Below are positions 61,311-64,000 of a stretch of 64,000 nucleotides of DNA, in pieces. Under the pieces are notes generated by a model that saw only the letters and a program-made list of their open reading frames with translations, was not told the origin of the DNA and ran no database searches. Both the position numbers and the translations under genes were made by a program. The DNA comes from Gammaproteobacteria bacterium. GTDB taxonomy: Bacteria; Pseudomonadota; Gammaproteobacteria; G965277405. The DNA is taken from the NCBI GenBank assembly GCA_965277405.1, contig OZ255726.1, positions 1,056,001 to 1,120,000 of the forward strand, written 5' to 3'. Within the stretch, counting starts at the first letter, position 1. Every line of letters starts with the position of its first letter.

Positions 61311-62690
61311 GTGCGCACGCGGTTTGCCCCAAGCCCAACAGGCACACTCCACTTAGGTGGCGCAAGGACTGCTTTATTTTGTTATTTACTCGCGCGCCAT
61401 AACCACGGATCGTACCTGCTGCGTATTGAAGACACAGATAGCCAACGCTCAACTGATGCGCATATCCAAACAATATTAGCAAGCCTGGATTGGCTTGGCA
61501 TACACAGTGACGAAGCTGTAGTATATCAGTCACAGAATAAAGCCAAGCACTTAGCACATGCGCATCAACTATTGGCAGATGGCGCGGCATATTATTGCGA
61601 TTGCAGCAGCGAACGCCTGGATGCGTTGCGCGTTGAGCAAATGGCGAATAAACAAAAGCCGCGGTATGACGGCAAATGCCGTGCGCGTAATCTTGCGGTA
61701 AAGCCGAATACTGTTATTCGTTTTGCCACGCCACAGACTGGCTCAATAACGTTTGTCGACGGTGTTGCAGGCGAGACTAGCTATAACAATGCCGAGCTTG
61801 ACGATTTGGTAATTGTGCGCAGCGATGGGCAGCCAACCTACAACTTATCAGTGGTGCTTGACGACCACGCAATGGCGATTACCGATGTCATTCGCGGCAG
61901 TGATCACATCAACAACACACCACGCCAGCTGCATATTTATCGAGCGTTTGGCTATGCAATCCCGCGCTTTACCCACCTGCCACTCATCAATGATGAGAAT
62001 GGAAAAAAACTATCGAAACGCCAGGGAGCGCAGAATGTACTGGAATATCGAGATAAAGGGTATTTACCAGCGGCAATGAATAATTTTCTGGCGCGGCTAG
62101 GTTGGTCGTATGGCGATCAAGAAATTTTTCAGATGGACGAATTGATTGCGCTGTTTGGCAAAGGCAAGTTGAACCGTGCTGCGGCAGCATTTTCAACGAG
62201 CAAGTTGGATTGGGTGAACAGGCAGCACTTATTATCGTTACAACATAGCGCCATTGCCGCGCAGTTGTCAGCGCAATACTCAAATGTAACCCAGGCGACC
62301 CTTGCGGCTAACCTGCCACCGTATTTAGAGCGAGCAAATACATTGAATGATATTGCAGAGGGCATCCGCCCGCTATATCACCCCGTAACGCAATACAATG
62401 CCGCTGCGCTAAAACATATGACATTGACAAACAGACCAGTGTTGTTGCACCTGCATACACAGCTACAGCAACTAACATCATGGGATGCTGCGAGTATTAA
62501 AGCGACAATGCAGACAACAATGGAAGCGCTCAATTGTAACATGGGAAAAGTTGGCATGCCGCTGCGCGCTGCATTGACAGGTAGAGCACAATCACCAGCA
62601 GTCGACTGGGTGGCAGCAACATTAGGACAACAACATACATTACAGCGACTGCAAGCAGCAATTGAATTTATTGACAAAAATTCCGTCTAG
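61311..62690 (+). CDS. gltX: Glutamate--tRNA ligase
   Basis: RFAPSPTG.LHLGG, LRIEDTD, IRGSDH, KLSKR, anticodon-binding domain (PLRAALTG). Confidence 0.97.
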   Translation: MRTRFAPSPTGTLHLGGARTALFCYLLARHNHGSYLLRIEDTDSQRSTDAHIQTILASLDWLGIHSDEAVVYQSQNKAKHLAHAHQLLADGAAYYCDCSSERLDALRVEQMANKQKPRYDGKCRARNLAVKPNTVIRFATPQTGSITFVDGVAGETSYNNAELDDLVIVRSDGQPTYNLSVVLDDHAMAITDVIRGSDHINNTPRQLHIYRAFGYAIPRFTHLPLINDENGKKLSKRQGAQNVLEYRDKGYLPAAMNNFLARLGWSYGDQEIFQMDELIALFGKGKLNRAAAAFSTSKLDWVNRQHLLSLQHSAIAAQLSAQYSNVTQATLAANLPPYLERANTLNDIAEGIRPLYHPVTQYNAAALKHMTLTNRPVLLHLHTQLQQLTSWDAASIKATMQTTMEALNCNMGKVGMPLRAALTGRAQSPAVDWVAATLGQQHTLQRLQAAIEFIDKNSV

Positions 62691-62742
62691 GCGTGTTATA
62701 CATTTAATCAATTATTAGTATATCAAACCTTGATATTTGTAT

Positions 62743-62818
62743 GGGGCTATAGCTCAGCTGGGAGAGCGCTTGCGTGGCACGCAAGAGGTCGGCGGTTCGA
62801 TCCCGCCTAGCTCCACCA
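62743..62818 (+). tRNA. tRNA-Ala (GGC)
   Basis: 76-nt cloverleaf GGGGCTATAGCTCAG...TTCGATCC...CTCCACCA with the G3.U70 identity pair; anticodon loop GTGGCAC. Confidence 0.97.
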
Positions 62819-62892
62819 ATGTTTATATAGGTTTTCTAATAAAAATTGACTTATTATTCATGGGTTAAAGCGCTTATTGCCAGCATATGGCA

Positions 62893-62986
62893 GCTTTTCT
62901 TGTCTTTGTCCAAAGAAACAAAGGCGCACATTCAATCTGCTTTTCTTGTCTTTGTCCAAAGAAACAAAGGCGCACATTCAATCTGC
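62893..62986. repeat. 46-bp perfect tandem duplication
   Basis: GCTTTTCTTGTCTTTGTCCAAAGAAACAAAGGCGCACATTCAATCT x2. Confidence 0.92.
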
Positions 62987-63047
62987 ATCAATTGCAGGTC
63001 TATTGTTTAACAAGATGATAAACACCTCTTTAACAACAGATAAACAT

Positions 63048-63544
63048 ATGAAAAAGATTGTTTTAACGGCAGAAAATGCCAAACACCTACGGTTGCAAAT
63101 GGCATTTTCTCAATCACAGGTATCACAGAAAACGGGCGTCAATCGTTCATATTTATGGCATTTTGAAAAGGCACGAGCAACCTTAGAGAACCTCTGATTA
63201 ATTCCATGATGGGCGAGACGGAGAAAAAACGCTGATGATAAATAGGCGCAGTGCGCAGATAATACTGGTGGTATTATCAAGTGCTGCAACGACGTTAGCG
63301 CAGCGTTTTTTCCCGTCCTTCTGTTGAATATACTTTGGGTTTGCTGCAATTGCTGCGCTTGCTGTGTTGCATCCCTTGGCGTATATGCTACGGCATACGC
63401 CTGCGGAATGCACCTTGCAATCATCAGCAATTGCAGGCAAACTCGCTCCATCAGCGAGTTAATCAGATGTTCCTTAGAGATGCCAAAACAGCCAAACTAG
63501 CACAACTGTATGAATCACAGCCAGAACTGCCAAAGAGACCCTGA
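63048..63544 (+). pseudogene. Cro/XRE-type HTH regulator interrupted by MITE copy 5
   Basis: KHLRLQMAFSQSQVSQKTGVNRSYLWHFEKAR lies before the insertion. DAKTAKLAQLYE after it resembles the remaining HTH helix, but simple excision does not restore the frame. Confidence 0.6.
63187..63473 (+). mobile_element. MITE, full copy 5
   Basis: AGAACCTCTGATTAA ... TTAATCAGATGTTCC with a TTAG duplication at 63183-63186 and 63474-63477. Confidence 0.92.
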
Positions 63545-63581
63545 TCAAACTCGCTCCAGCAGCGAATTAATCAGAGGTGCC
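63534..63581 (+). mobile_element. 48-bp minimal MITE derivative
   Basis: AGAGACCCTGATCAA + ACTCGCTCCAGCAGCGAA + TTAATCAGAGGTGCC: both ends and only the terminal small hairpin remain. Confidence 0.65.
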
Positions 63582-63888
63582 CTTACCAACCTCGTGCGCA
63601 GTCACAAGTATTTGCCGCAACCACAAGGTTAGTGCGTCCAAACAACGGTAAATTCAGCAAAACGGATGAAAAACAAGCAATAATTAACAAAAACTGAAAA
63701 TCAGCTTTTTAGTTTATTGTGCTTGGGGATTGCTGCGGCTAGAAAATTAAATAGTGGTGAATTATTCAGAGGCGCCCAAGTGTAAGTAAAGATATATTCC
63801 AATGTTTTGGACTGGATAGATAATAAACCTGAAAACAAAGAGCTACAATTGCATATAAAGCTATAAATGAACTTACGGAGGAAGGTTG

Positions 63889-64000
63889 ATGGAATTATCA
63901 GATAAAATTACGGACATTGCTAGAAATATTAATAAGCATAAAACACTTGTAGCAACCGAAGAAGCGACGAAAAACGCTTTTGTCATGCCATTCATTAGTG
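63889..64000 (+). CDS. Partial HsdR N-terminal-domain (type I restriction-like) nuclease family protein
   Basis: Manual translation MELSDKITDIARNINKHKTLVATEEATKNAFVMPFIS; the TEEATK.A..MPF motif is characteristic. GGAGG SD upstream; truncated by the window end. Confidence 0.7.
   Translation, partial: MELSDKITDIARNINKHKTLVATEEATKNAFVMPFIS

Noticed and set aside
63590-63888. Intact CDS between the mini-MITE and the HsdR_N-like gene
   Set aside because: Only short frames with stops and no recognisable motif; at most a pseudogene fragment.

Overview
A roughly 45% GC chromosomal window, most likely from a gammaproteobacterium (gene content and order; taxon inferred). It is mostly housekeeping genes: purD, accA, xth, a polyamine-type ABC transporter, iscRSUA, ssb, alaS-lysC, an AddB-like nuclease, folP, aroKB, hisI, ilvA/rpiA, dut, folC-accD, valS, a large NAD-glutamate dehydrogenase, hisS-yfgM-bamB-der, gltX and tRNA-Ala. 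The dominant non-coding signal is a family of ~290-bp non-autonomous elements (MITEs). They share 15-bp terminal inverted repeats (consensus GGAAGCTCTGATTAA) and YTAR-type 4-bp target duplications with a frameshifted IS5-family element at 39945-41172. I count five full copies and about eight partial, mini or decayed copies. The element folds into two long hairpin arms with compensatory changes between copies, and copies stack in tandem or nest at the same target. Most notably, folP sits tightly between a pair of these inward-facing ends with TTAG on each side, which looks like a transposase-less gene cassette. Other oddities are an exact 36-30-36 bp repeat-insert-repeat inside a regulator gene, a G32-C38 tRNA-Ala(GGC), many short tandem duplications, and a decaying accessory region starting after the tRNA. 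All calls are by eye and no database searches or folding programs were run.
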